From NCBI RefSeq assembly GCF_009914755.1, contig NC_060934.1: a stretch of 64,000 nt of DNA. One strand, 5' to 3'. The translations under genes were made by a program, and so were the position numbers. Shown here piece after piece: positions 29,068 to 42,984 of this stretch. Within the stretch, counting starts at the first letter, position 1; every line of letters begins with the position of its first letter. This stretch comes from the human T2T-CHM13v2.0 reference genome, Homo sapiens. The notes under the pieces are model-generated. The model had not been told where the DNA came from and did no database searches. It saw only the letters and a program-made list of their open reading frames with translations.

Positions 29068-29356
29068 ACTATCGCAAGGACAGAAAACCAAACACCACAT
29101 GTTCTCACTCATAGGTGGGAATTGAACAATGAGAACACTTGGACACAGGGTGAGGGACATCACACACCGGGACCTGTCGTTGGGTGGGGGGATGGGGGAG
29201 GGATAACATTAGGAGAAATACCTAATGTAAATGACGAGTTAATGGGTGCAGCACACCAACATGGCACATGTATGCATATGTAACAAACCTGCACATTGTG
29301 CACATGTACCCTAGAACTTAAAGTATAATAATAAAAAAATTAAACATTTTTAAAAA
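29068..29356 (+). mobile_element. Heavily 5'-truncated L1PA (L1PA4/5-like): ORF2 end and 3' UTR
   Basis: catgttctcactcataggtgggaattgaacaatgag, G-rich tract, ccctagaacttaaagtataataataaa; TSD aagatttga. Confidence 0.96.
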
Positions 29357-29470
29357 AAGATTTGATATGAGCCTGCAACATGCTGTTGTTCTTTGTGACT
29401 ATCCAAGAGAAAGAGAAAAGAGGCAGCAATTCCAAATTTGTTTTTTAGTTTTGCAAAGTGCTTCAGAGGT

Positions 29471-29652
29471 CAGTGGCTCTCAGCCCTTGTTGCTCGTGAG
29501 AATCACCTGGGGAGCTTTTTAAAAATCAGATGCCCAGGCCCCACCGCAGACCAAATGAATCATATTCTCTAGTTCCCAGATACTGGTGGGTTCCCAGTAT
29601 CTTAACAGCTGTCCGGGTGATGCTTACATGAAACCAGAGTTAAGAAGAGCTC
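29471..29652. mobile_element. MER5A-type hAT-Charlie MITE
   Basis: cagtggctctcagccc...gaatcacctggggagctttttaaaaatcagatgcccaggcccc...ccgggtgatgct. Confidence 0.8.
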
Positions 29653-29774
29653 ATCTAATCAGTCTACTCTGAGCATGAGTCCAGGCAAAATCTGGACGTT
29701 TGCTTTTGTAATTCAGCTTCTTGTCTAGCATTTCTATTATCAATTCAAAGCCAATGCTCTTTAGTACAATAAGG

Positions 29775-29950
29775 GGCAGTGTCTTACAGTGGTTCACACT
29801 GCTGCTCTTGAGCCAGACAGCCTGGCTTTGTCCACTTACTAGCTTTGTGACGTCAGGAAAGTTATTTTAATCACTCTGTGCCTCAAGTTCTTTATTTGTA
29901 AATCAAGATAATAATAGTAGTTACAAAGTAAAGGCTAAAGTTAATAAAGA
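29775..29950 (+). mobile_element. MIR
   Basis: gagccagacagcctgg...ccacttactagctttgtgac...tctgtgcctcaagttctttatttgtaaa. Confidence 0.8.
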
Positions 29951-31629
29951 CCCAAAAGAAAATTAAAACTCTACATATTATGATATTATAATTACCACCA
30001 TCATCATCGTCCTCCTCGTCACCATTATTGTTTTGTTGTTGGTAGCAGTGGTGTCCTGCTAGGTGTTAGAAGCTAGGAACCTATAGAAAAAGTGCTCTTC
30101 CCTGTACAGGACTATACCTGGCCTTACTTGAAAACTAAGAACTCTTAGCAACATTAGCAACATACTTCTCAGCTCTAGAACTTCCCGATGAAGTGGAATG
30201 TTTTGCATCGGACTTTTTGCAAGAAGATCAAGCTTGAACCCGGTAACCTGTTTTTCCATCGAGCACTTGATTCTACATTAAGATCAGGCCATAGCTCTGC
30301 AAGGTGGGGGCCCGGACTGAAGGGTCAGGCTGGGTTTCTGTTTCGTAACTGGGAAAGGCATGTACTGCATGCGGCAGGCTGACCTCCTGAATCTTCAGGA
30401 CAATCTCAATTTCAGATGGCCCACCCTGCTGATCAAACCTGTGGTTTGGAAAGCATGGTTACTGCTAAATAGGAAGCAAGGGCTCCAAATGCCAGTGTCC
30501 TAATCGTTTAAAAAGTAAATATAATTTGAATATGTGGGATAGCCTCAGAGAAAAATCAAAGAACACAATTAAGCATAGTTTCTATTTAGTTTTCAGTTGA
30601 TGAAGGAATAATTTGAAGTTGCTCTAGTCACTGAGAGTACAGTAGCAATAGTCCTCCATTCTCTGGGATTCAGGGCAAGAGCGGACATTATGTGCATATT
30701 ACAGGTTTTCTAGCACACAGATTCTATCAAGATAGCCTCTAACTGCAATTGTGGACACTGGTGGAATATTCCTAGCAGGAGCTCAAAGGATTGTAAAGCT
30801 GAATAACATCTTTGTCTCAAGAACTTATATGAGAAACTTTTTTCCCTTTTTCTCCTACAAGCATTTAGTGGTTCACCATTGCAGACACTGCATATCTTTG
30901 TATCCCACACAGTCCCCATGTTAATAGTTGTTTGCTAGTTGTGGTCATTTAATTGAAAAAAGCTGGCACAGAGATATTACAGGTCCCAATAGGTCATTTC
31001 TGTATCAAGTATGGTGTTATTGCCTTTAACCAAGCCCTGTCCAAGGCCAAATTTATTACATGCATTAATAACATATAAGAGGATAGACAGAGAGCTGAAG
31101 AAAAGATGTGTGTGGCCTTTAAATATGCCAATCATCTACAGTTCGGAGGGTTGCTTACCGTGACATATTGCCAGCTGTGCATTATAGAATTCCAGATGGC
31201 ATGGTACTGTTGGTACTTGTTTTGGATTTGCCCTGGGAATGAGGTTAAAGAGGACACCAAACTATGGCTGGGATCCTTTTGCTTGCCTCTTCCAGGGTAG
31301 ATCCTGGAAGGCTCTATCTCCTCCAACCAATCAGAAAGCTGCCCTGACCTCTCTTGGGGATTATGAACTCAGCACAAATTGCTCTTTCCCCGTGAATTCC
31401 CATGCACCTAGTAACCCTGCACTAAGAGAGCAGTGAGTGCATTCCCTCATGTAATCTGTGTTCGCCCTCCCTCAGACCCCAGAGCTGGGGCAAGTTTGGA
31501 CATGAACTCAAAAACTCTATAGATAAGGGTTGTGTTTTCATTAGCTTGCCTGTCTTGCTTGCTTTATATTCTGTGAGATTTCCTTCCCCCATCCCCCCTT
31601 TTTTTGAAAAAAAAAAAAAGAAAAAAAAA

Positions 31630-32870
31630 CAAAAACCTTTTTACAGAAATTCACACACAGAGACAAAATAGTGTAATGAACCCACATGTCTCTAACACCC
31701 ATCTTCAACAGCTACCAACATGTCACCCTTCTTGTTTTATCCTTCTCTCCTCTTTTTGTTTTGTTTTGTTAGAGTGTTTTAAAGCAAATCCCAGATGTCT
31801 GATTTTACCTGTAAATATTTCAGTATGTATCTCTAGAACATACAGCATAACTTTTAAAAAACGTAATCACTATTTAGAAATGACTGCATAACCTGTCTGG
31901 GTTCAGTATTTCCTAATTGTTTCCAAAGCATTCACAAATAGCTGGACGGTTTAAATCAGGCTGCAAACACAGTATATCTATTGCATTTGGTTGATCTGTC
32001 TTTAAACGTTCTTTAATCTATTACAGATCGCCCTCCTGTTTTTATTACATTTATTTGTTGAAGAAATTGTCCTGTAAAAATTTTTGTCCTGTAGATTATC
32101 GTCCTGTAAAAATGTTCATTTTATGTATTTGAATATTGCATCTCCATGGTGCCATTTAACATGTTTATATTTCCTCTGTACTTTCTGTAAATTAATACTT
32201 AGATCAAATGACTTAATGAGATGCAAATTCAACTGTATCACATCAGGAGGCACATAACATCTGTTTGCATTACATTTATTGAGATCAAGATTGATCAGTG
32301 GGTTCAGGTGTGGTCAGCCTTTCATCCATTATGAAGTTCTCTATCAACCTGTTAACATAATAGTTTTAGCAACCACTGATGATCACTGCCAACATTCATT
32401 AGGGATTACAACATGGTAATGTTCACTTCTGTCATTCAGTTTGCATTTACTAGCTATTATTCTATCATATAGAAAAGCTTACTATCATCAACTATTTGGT
32501 TACTCTGAAATACAGTTCATATCAGAAAAGCAGCATAAATGCCTCTGTTTATTAAATAGTTTTCAGATTATTGAATGGCACCAGCAACCTGCAAAAGTGA
32601 TCAATGATGCTTGCTTGTTTGTTTTGAGCATCAATATAAACCCTTGGACTTTTATCTATTTTATAGGTGTCCATCCATTACTCTTTGATCGGTGAGATCC
32701 CCTTCAAGTTGCCTCTTTTGCCTTTTAACATGATTCCACTAGTCTTTTCTGTCAGGATAAGATGCCATAGGCTCCTGGCCCAAACCTGGAAGCAACTATT
32801 TTTACAAGGAATCCTGATTCCTTTCCTTAGGAAATAGTATATAAAGACTTCAGTCTAGACACCAAGGGTA
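31630..32870 (-). mobile_element. L1MC-type 3' end
   Basis: atagtgtaatgaacccacatgt, ttttaaagcaaatcccaga, ttgatcagtgggttcaggtg, caaggaatcctgattcctttcc. Confidence 0.75.
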
Positions 32871-33439
32871 GATTTCCCCTGAAATGGTTATGTTTATGTT
32901 GGAGTGGTAACGCAGTCTTCCTTGGTATCTCATCGTCCTGCTGTCCGTAGGCATCTGGTTCCACCTGGATGCTCCCTCCCCACACAGTCTTATAATGGCC
33001 AGTGCTCCCTGTGATTCCACCTCCTTCTCCAACCAGATCCTGCTGCTTCTCTCAATGCCTTCATCCTCTCCTTCTAAATCAGATACCCCAGCTCATCTCT
33101 GGGCTTCTAAGACACCAGAGTGGGGAACACTTCTCTAATGTTGAAGAATAATGGTACCCTTTCTTACACAGACTATTTTTATGTTTTTATTTCTTGAAGG
33201 GAGTCAACCTCCTGTTGCTGTCCAAGCCGTCAGTAGACAAATTTAGTCTTGTTCTTAACCCAGAACAACCATGCTTTGAAACACCATGGAAACAGGCAGT
33301 CCTGGCCCCAGACCCAGGAAGGCTTCATAAAACCAACAATCCCCTCAGGTGTGTGTGTTTCCTAGGAAGCATGGGCAGTTGCAAGTTGAAATTCTTAACT
33401 AGGGTTGCCAGGTAATGAAAAAGTGTTAAGGAGTTAGTT

Positions 33440-33565
33440 TATCTTAACCATTTTGAGGCCACATACCTATTTGTACATTTGATGAAAACTATAGAACCTC
33501 TCTCTGGAAAAATGTACATATACACAAAATTTTACAGACAATTTCATGGGCTTCAAGGAGCTCAG
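33440..33565. mobile_element. MER103-like hAT-Charlie fragment
   Basis: tgatgaaaactatagaacctctctctggaaaaatgtacatatacacaaaattttacagacaatttcatggg. Confidence 0.7.
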
Positions 33566-35619
33566 GGTATCTTGGAGTTTCATTTGTTTTCATAGACTAG
33601 ATCCTGATGTGCACTGGCTTGTTGGAGGCTGCAGGGTTTGGAGGTGAGTCTGAACAAGAAGGCATATAGCTGATACCGGGGGGTCAGTTTCAAATCACTC
33701 CACTCAACATTATTTATTCTTTGGTATAGAAGTACTCCTGGTGCCAGTCTATGAACTATTTGATGTCATTCCGTGACATCATAAATGTAGAAACTGAGAA
33801 CAGGCATCTAAAAAAATTTATAGCAATTTGATGTGGTCACAACATGCAAGCATATGGTCCTTGGACTTGTCTCATTGAATAGGGTACAAAGCATTTTGGG
33901 TGCTGATGAGTTCACAAGGTGAGTTGCACGCAGTGGGAGCTGCATAGCAGTCATGCAAAAAGGCCCCCCCATCAGTTGTCAACAGGTTGGAAATTAAAAA
34001 CCAAAGCACAAACTGGTCCTTCATTTCAGATAGTCTAAGAAGCAACAACATGAAACCCAGAGTACCTTTACTCACCCTACTACCTTGTTGTTTTAGCCTG
34101 TCTTTCTCCACTCTATACTTCTACAAAGTATACCTAGAACAAGGCATAGAGTTGGTATTCAGTAAATCTTTGCTGAAAGGTGAGCAGAGCAAAACTGTTG
34201 CCCAAAAGAAGAAACCACATTTATTCCCTAATGATACCCTGCAGGGAAAAAAAAAATTTTTTTTATAATTCCTAGGAAGTTGAAGCTACTTACATGAAAA
34301 AAATATGATAGGAAATAAATTATAAGCAGTCATTAACTTCACTGAATATTCTCATAGAATGTGAAATAAATAGAATAATCTTAAAGAGCTGGTCCTCACT
34401 GTGGAAGTTGTGAGGCTTTCGGGACGGTTTGTATTTCAGTGTACATGTTGTATGAATTAACAAGTCAGTAACAAATGTGATCCATTTACAGGGCAGAAAA
34501 ACTAGAGTGGTCTCAAGTATAATGATAGTCACAGTGGGAAGAATATAATTTACTTAATTGACAGAATAAGAGTTTATTATAAATGAAAGGCAAACGAGAT
34601 ATGGTCATGCATTCTCTGCCTAGTTTTTCCCTTCTCTTACCCCTTTATGTCATCTCTTTCTGTCTTCCCTAAGGATCCAGAATTAGTAAAATCTGTTCTT
34701 TGAAAATCTTGCCTTTAAAAACTGGGCTTGTAGAAAGTTACCAGGCGGCCTGAGGACCGACCAACTTAAGGAGGGGTTTAATCCCAACCTCACAGCCCCT
34801 CTTCACCACCCCCATACCCAGTAGGGTCCATTCCACACCCCTAGCAGCACATCTGTGACACAGCAGGCTGCTGGGGGGACAGTCTGAACCCGAAGTCACC
34901 GGCTGTCTCACTAACCAGAGAAAGGGATTTTACCTCAGGAAAGTTTCTCAGGTTCTGTGGAACCAGTCCCTGCGTAAAGAGACAGATTTCCTTCTTTCTT
35001 TTCTTCCCCCCACCCCCCTCAAAATGAGTGGATTCAGAAACATTATCTGCTAAAAGTAAAAGAAGAAAAATTGAGAATATGTTGCACAGCTGGTGAAATC
35101 AGTAGTAGAGGGTGTCTGGGTATGTGTTGCAAGAGTGACACCTGGTTTATGTTTATCAACAACTAAGTGAGCTATAAATTTTGTGGAAATAACTTTGCTT
35201 TTTAACATCCCTTTTGAACAACACAGGCCGTTTGCCCTATCTAATAAAAAGGAAACAGTTGTCCTGCTTACCATGCATGGGACATTGAAGGGATAAAGGA
35301 GCTTGTCCACAGTATGTGGGCCCAGAAATGCACAATAGCTAAAGTCTGATGTGACCTTTGTCTTTGCAAATAAAGAGACTGATAACCCAGGTGTCACCAC
35401 CACATTTTTTAAACACATGCATCACAAAGGGCTCAGCTTAATGACTATTTTCAAGTACAAATGAATTTCCTGAAATGGAAGAAAAAAAATAGAATCATAC
35501 TTGGGGGTAATTAGGGGCTCAGGCTACCCCTAGTGTTCTCGGACAATATCTAACAACAAATGTTCACTGCACCAATGCCCTGACTCCTGTATGGAGTTTT
35601 ATGGTTATTGATAGTAGCA

Positions 35620-35830
35620 TGATTATGGTAACCATTGTATGTACCAGGCATGGGGCTATGCATTTTATGTTAGTAGATTTTTTTTTAATCTGCACAATAG
35701 GCCTAAGAGATCAATGTTTTTATTATACCATTTTATAAGTAAGGAAACAACTAACTCAGATCATGCCCTCCGTAAGTGGCCGAGCTGGTCTCAGAACCAG
35801 GTCTAACTTCTCAGCCTTAACAACCATGAT
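35620..35830 (-). mobile_element. MIR
   Basis: gtatgtaccaggcatggggct...ccattttataagtaaggaaaca...gtaagtggccgagctgg. Confidence 0.7.
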
Positions 35831-36219
35831 GCCTTTTAGGGGTTTTGGTTTGGGTGGTTTTGATTTTTTTTCTTAAAAGTTTAAAAAAATAGCCTTCTTT
35901 GCTCCTTGACTAAAAAGGTTCCAAACCACTTTTTACCCTAGAACTCATACAGGCCAACAGAGGGAATGGAAATTGGCCACAGCACTGTCACTGAAAGGTA
36001 ATAATTAATGAAAAAGGTGTCACTTAAAGAGGCCAATGACCAAAAGTGTGTTTCTCTTGGATTAACTTTTCTAACACTCTTTAAATAATGTGTTGATAGC
36101 AGCAGAGACCAAAAAGAATGCAAACAGACCTGAACATTTTAAACCTCTGGGAATAAAAATATGAAAATAAAGATGTTTTCATAGCCCTAAACAACTTTTT
36201 GCACTTCTTTTTCTGTGGT

Positions 36220-36370
36220 AGTAATTGTGATGTTTACCACTTCTTGTGTGCCTTTTTTGTGCTAAGCAACATGCTTATTTTTTAATTATCAACAATCCCC
36301 ACAAATAGGAACTGTCTCAATTTTACAGTTAAAGAAACTTAGACTCCATAAGGTTAAGAAGTTATAGCTC
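36220..36370 (-). mobile_element. MIR fragment
   Basis: caattttacagttaaagaaacttagactccataaggttaag. Confidence 0.55.
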
Positions 36371-37394
36371 TGTGTAGAATCTTAGGAAGACTTTTCTCAT
36401 TATGAAATAGACCACATGCGAAATATACAACAGAAGTAACAAGAAAAACACACGCAAATTGATGAGCACTTCCAAGAGATCTCTTACGAGGCACAAGCAG
36501 TGAAGGGTCAGCACCTCCTGTGGGCTGATCCATTGTTGTTGATGGGGATATGAAGCAATTGAAATACAGTCAGGTGGGCACTCCATTTTCAAATCAGCTG
36601 ATTGCAGGCTGGACACCCTTGGTGTAATCTACAAAGACAGGGAAAAGGAAACCTGCGCCTCTTCAGCGCTCTAGTGGTACTGGCAAGTGTCATGTCTTGT
36701 GATCAGGAGAGTTCTACCAGCCCTCTTTGTGCGTAGCAAACCTGATACTCCCCAGAAAGTTCCACAGCCAAAGGCTGGGCATGCTGACCTCCAATCCAGG
36801 GGCCCCAACATCAGGACCTCTCTCCCCAGCAGCAACACCTGGATTGAGTTATTTCACTTCTCTGGAGCTGAATCTCACTGACCATAGAAGAGGGCATATT
36901 TCTCAGCAAAACAGCTGGAAAATTATGCTGGCCTTTTGTACAAGTCATGTTAAGCTCCTTCAAAGAATACATGAACAATCTGCATTATTTTAAAGGTGAA
37001 GATGGGCTTTTTAAGGGGGAGAGGTTACAGCTACCAGCAAACCAGAGATTTCCTCCATTCTGTGACCCTCCTTCCTCTGCATTCTTAAGGACTTGGCTAG
37101 AACCTGAGTTTTCCATTTCTCCTGGTGAGAATGTGTCTTCAGGAGCTTATTGATAATTCTGTCTTTCAGCACAACTTTGTAAAGTTGAAGTCCCTGCCAA
37201 TTGATAGTCACCTTGTGGCGTGATCTTGTCAGTCCAAAAGAATAAAGATCTACCTTTACATTCATTTAGAGTGAGGGATGATGTACAGCCAGGATGCCTA
37301 AGTGTCACCTCCTGCAGTTCACTGACACATGGAGTCCCTTTGACAGGTGCCCGAGTTTCTTTTTCCTATGTATTACAACATCTACTTTTAGGAT

Positions 37395-37516
37395 TTTTTT
37401 TTTAACCTCTTTCCCCCTTTCCTTCCTGTTCTTTCTTCCCTCTTTTTTCTTCTTTTTCCATCTCCTTGGCTTTTTAACTCTCTCCTCTTTTCTCTCTTTC
37501 CCTTTCCACTTTTCTT
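37395..37516. repeat. CT-rich low-complexity polypyrimidine tract
   Basis: About 120 nt that are almost entirely C/T. Confidence 0.85.
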
Positions 37517-38111
37517 GTCAGCAGTTTATTCAACCACCGTATAATAAATCCAGTAAGTGATCATAAAAATACCAATCCCAATTGCAAAAATGGCAGCACA
37601 GCCTCAGCTTGGAAAAAAAATTTGGAAAAACAAACTGAAATCATCAAAGACTAAAGACCAGATACTAAAAAGATGGGATTTGCTGTGAGATATATTTTAT
37701 AATAAAAATTCTGCTATAAAGAAGCATCTTTTTATTTTTTTCCTTGATAGTCTGAATAGTTTATACCTGATGCCAAGAAATTATATATAATTAGTCTGGG
37801 TAATATATAATTTCCATTTGATTATATATATTAAAGTGATTAAGGAACTTCAGTTTTTCACTAGTAAATATCTGCCTTCTTTGTTGCATTCTGGGTCTGT
37901 AATGACTGTTTATATCAAGGGTAGCACTCGTTCAGAACTGAAGGGAGCAAAAGTTGGAATGCTTTCACCAAGCTTGGTTGCCTGATGTCTATGAATCTGG
38001 GAGATAACATGAAGTTAGCTACATTTTGGGAAAAACTGAAGGGAGATTTCAGTCCAATTTCTTGAAACCACCATGTAGTTTTGCATGACTTCCCGTGAAT
38101 AAACTCCATAA

Positions 38112-38411
<300 letters not shown>

Positions 38412-40029
38412 CTGCATAAAACAGCATACATGAGAAGGCATATTTTAGGAAGATTACTCAGTTAAGTATATGACATCACCAATATTTTTAATATTGCATA
38501 GAATGAAATGAAATTTTTGATGTCAGTTTTTAATTAATGACTTCTATTTGCCTTTTGTAGATTACTTTCATATGTTTATTCCACATATTTTATAGCAGTT
38601 TTTCTTTTTCCAATTAGAGGATAGATTTCATCCTTTATCTTTGCAGGTAGCTGATCCAAGACATTTTTATGTAAATGGATTAATTAATTAGTAGCCTTCA
38701 TTTGAAACTTAAAAAGAAAATAATCCTTTTTGAGAGGCATTAACTATTTTTTAAAGCCACAAACAATTCTTTACTTAAGCACCTTGTCACACCATTAGAA
38801 ATTATTTGACAGCATTAATCATAATAAAATGCATTACACTTTACCGAATCACCTTTTTTTCAAGCTAATTAAAAGAATCCATTCCCTAGGAGACTGTACA
38901 GCAACTTCACTTGTAAAAATCACATTTTTGGGGAACTTAACAGTACATATTTATGAAACTTTTGAGCAAATGACATCACAAGTTTGATTACCTGTACAGC
39001 CTTTGTGAGAAGGCATCTAGCTACAGAGATGTGCTGGGTTCTAGGGAAGGCAGCTACATCTGGCCTTTTTTGAGAGCCTTTAAGCCTCTCTGCCTTCCAG
39101 CCTTAGGATTTATGCAAATCAGAAATCTTTGGCTGTCTCTACTTCCTGGCCAGGCCAGCATAATCCACTTCCTTTGGGTTCATGTGACCATGCAAATTTG
39201 AGCACTCCTGAATAGTCCCAGAGGGGCTGTGCCTCTCATTATTCCTGCCCCATTCTCTGTGCAGTGCAAGCATTCAGACTATGAATGGACAAGGGTTTAA
39301 TTACTCACCACATCTGTCAGATCAGATTCAACTTCAGAATGAAGAGAATCCCAGACAAGCCCGGTCGTTTCTTTGCAATGTTCTTCATGGTCGAGGTCAT
39401 CCAGCTCTGTCTTCTAGGGAATATTTTCCACTCCTTGTTTCATGACCTTCTGGAAAGCAGGGACTGTGGCTTTTGGAGATCCATTACTGGGCCTTTCACA
39501 CTGTGTGTGGCCTTTACAAATGTTAATTAATCTTCCTGATGATGCACTGAGCATCAGGAAGCCCTTTATTCCCCTTGGGCTACTGATGACCAATATGAAT
39601 GCCAGAAAGTTTTTCTTACTGTTTCCTGACCCACATGCTTCTCTCTGGATGTACTTTGCTGCTTTTTCCCCTCCCTCTGATATGTTTTCACATGGCAGAT
39701 TGACTGCTCACATTACTAGGTCAGCCAGAGTTGACACAGTAAAGGTGGATGGTCCCCAAGAAGAGAACATACCTCCAATTCCAAGGCTATCAGCCTTCCC
39801 AGCAAAACGTGCATAATAGCAGCTAGGAAGGAGTGTGTCCACTGGGGACCAGGTGATTCTGCTCAGTGCATGGGCACTAGCAGTCCTTCCCTTAGGTTTC
39901 TTTCCTTACTGGGATTATCTGGGTTTAAAAGGAGATTCCTGGCACGTTCAGCTCTGGAATACAAGGCTTTTTGGGCTGCCATGGTGTTTTTGGGTTTTGG
40001 TTTGATTTTTTATTTTTGGTTTGATTTTT

Positions 40030-40330
40030 TATTTTTTATTTTTTGCTTTGCTTTTATCGTTTTAAAATTGAAATTCATATGAAATTAACCATTTGAAAGT
40101 ATAGCATGCAGTATATTTACAATGTTATGCAACCCTCATGTCTACCTAGTTCCAAAACATTTTCACCACCCCAAAAGGCAACCCCATGCCCATTAAACAG
40201 TTGCTTCCCATTCCCCCAGCCCCCGTCTCCGTGGATTTACCCACCCTGGATATTTCATACAAATAGAAGCACATAATATGTGACCTTTTGTGACTGGCTT
40301 CTTTCATTTAGCATGAAGTTTTTTAAGTTT
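40030..40330 (-). mobile_element. L1MB-type 3' terminal fragment
   Basis: ttccaaaacattttcaccaccccaaaagg...ggatatttcatacaaatagaagcacataatatgtgacc. Confidence 0.85.
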
Positions 40331-40547
40331 GCCATAATGTTTTACTATGGCATTCTCTGGCGTAGTGGTGTTTATTATTTGGTCAAAGTTATTCATATGT
40401 TCTCTGTTTTGGGTAATGTCATCATCATCTATGGAAGTCTGAGAAACAGCTGGGTCCTCTCCCTTCTCTCACTCCTATTGTCTAATTGTTCTTTAAGTCC
40501 TGTGGATTCCACACTTGCAATACTGCTAGTCAGTTCTCATTTACATT

Positions 40548-40871
<324 letters not shown>

Positions 40872-41458
40872 TTCATTTACATTCTTACTGCTCCTGCCCC
40901 TTTCAAATGCTATTCCTTCCCCAGTTTGTCTTTCTCAAACGCAGACCCATCTGACCATGTCACTGCCCTTCTCAGTACTCTCCAGTGGCTCCTCCCACCT
41001 CAAAATAGGGTTCAAGCTCCTTACCAGCAGGCCAAGGCTGCCCACAATCTGTTCCTCCTCTCCCTTCATCATTCCCATCCCTCACCTGTATACCATGTCT
41101 GAGCCAAACACATTAGACTGTTCGGGGGTCTCTGGCCCGTGGTGCACACTCGTTCTTGCATCCCTTTGTGTGTCCTGTTTCCTCCCCCTAAAATATTCTT
41201 CCTCTCCCCACAAATGCAGGAGTCCATTCCTCCTCTATAATCCTGCGTTTTACCTTCTCACCTTCCCTGGTCCATTAATCAGAGTGAATTCCTCCTTTCT
41301 CCCTAATTCTGGCATTTTATTTATCATAATACCTATCACAGCCAGTCTTTAAAAGGGCTCTTTGTAAATTTCTGTCCTTTTCCAATTAAATACTGAGCTT
41401 CATGAAGGCAGAAATCTTGCCTTACTCATTTTAATATCTAGCAGCAACCATTGTATAA

Positions 41459-41751
<293 letters not shown>

Positions 41752-42814
41752 CTCAATAAATATTTTGTTGAATGATTTGAATTTTCTTCTCCAAAGAAAA
41801 AACCATGGGCCTACAAGGACCCCAAGTCAAGGAGAGAACCAGTCTGAAGCAAAGTAACAAGGACTAACATTTAAAATAGTAATTATTTTTATCTTCTGTT
41901 GAATTTAAAGCTACCCACAGTGATTTACCAGTTTTAATTCGCAGAAAATGCAACTTTGCTTTTTTTCCCTTCTGATTATGTTCTTCATTACAAATCTCAA
42001 GAGTTTTATATGCAGTTGCCAAAAATCTCTCTTTTGACAAATTGCACAGGAGGCATTTTGAGATTGTGTGATAGACTCGATTGAATTTAGGCCAAATCCT
42101 GTACACTTGTTTCACTCAAAACAAAAATACAGATGTAGGGCTACTCAAACATTTACCTATTTATTTTCTCCCAACCCTCCAAATTCATCTTTCTTTAAAA
42201 ACAATCAATCGGATTCCTTTTAAATTAAATGCCGAGTAAACAATGCAAATAAAACTATTTTGTTTGCTGAGAAGTAATTGAAAATCTGCAACTAATTACA
42301 AATTGGCAAGCTCTGAGCCTACAAAGAGCTGAAACACTCTGCTGAGGCATTGTTTACAGCTGGGTTCAAAACTGGTTTCCTTACACCAGCCATCCACAAG
42401 TTATTAATCAATACTTTGCCAAGTTCTATACCTCACCTTCAAAAAATTGTAATAAACATTTCATTTTCAATATGGGCTTCATAAACAAAGCTGTTAAAAA
42501 CTAGAGGAGGTTTAATTGGTTAGAACACACAAAGCCTGCTCTTGGGTTATGTGAATTGGCTTTTCGATTAAATACCCTGTTCTTCCTCAACTACTCAGGA
42601 ACCTGCAACTTAGTTGAAATTAATATTCTGTCAGTCTGGTCACTGAGTCCCCTATGGCACTCCAAGTGCCACAAGACCTTTTTTAATTGCATTTCTGGAG
42701 AAAAGCAACATGTTCATGGACCACAGAGACACGGGGACAACGAATTTAATTTGGCATTGCAACATGCAGGTAAAGTAGAATTTGCACATGACTTTGTTCT
42801 GAGTGGTGAAATTT

Positions 42815-42921
42815 AAAATATACATATATTTTAAAACATATTTTATATTTATATATAGTATATGTTTATATACTGTATAATATATTTTATATTTTTATAT
42901 ATAGTATATTTTACATATATA

Positions 42922-42962
<41 letters not shown>
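42815..42962. repeat. AT-rich low complexity ending in (TG)n(TA)n
   Basis: TA-rich degenerate repeats followed by a pure TA run. Confidence 0.9.
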
Positions 42963-42963
<1 letters not shown>

Positions 42964-42984
42964 AATGTATAACTTTTTTTTCCC

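Noticed and set aside
29065-29283. 72-aa ORF
   Set aside because: Out-of-frame reading of the L1PA 3' end
32068-32112. Triple gtcctgta repeat
   Set aside because: Small slippage duplication inside an L1MC fossil
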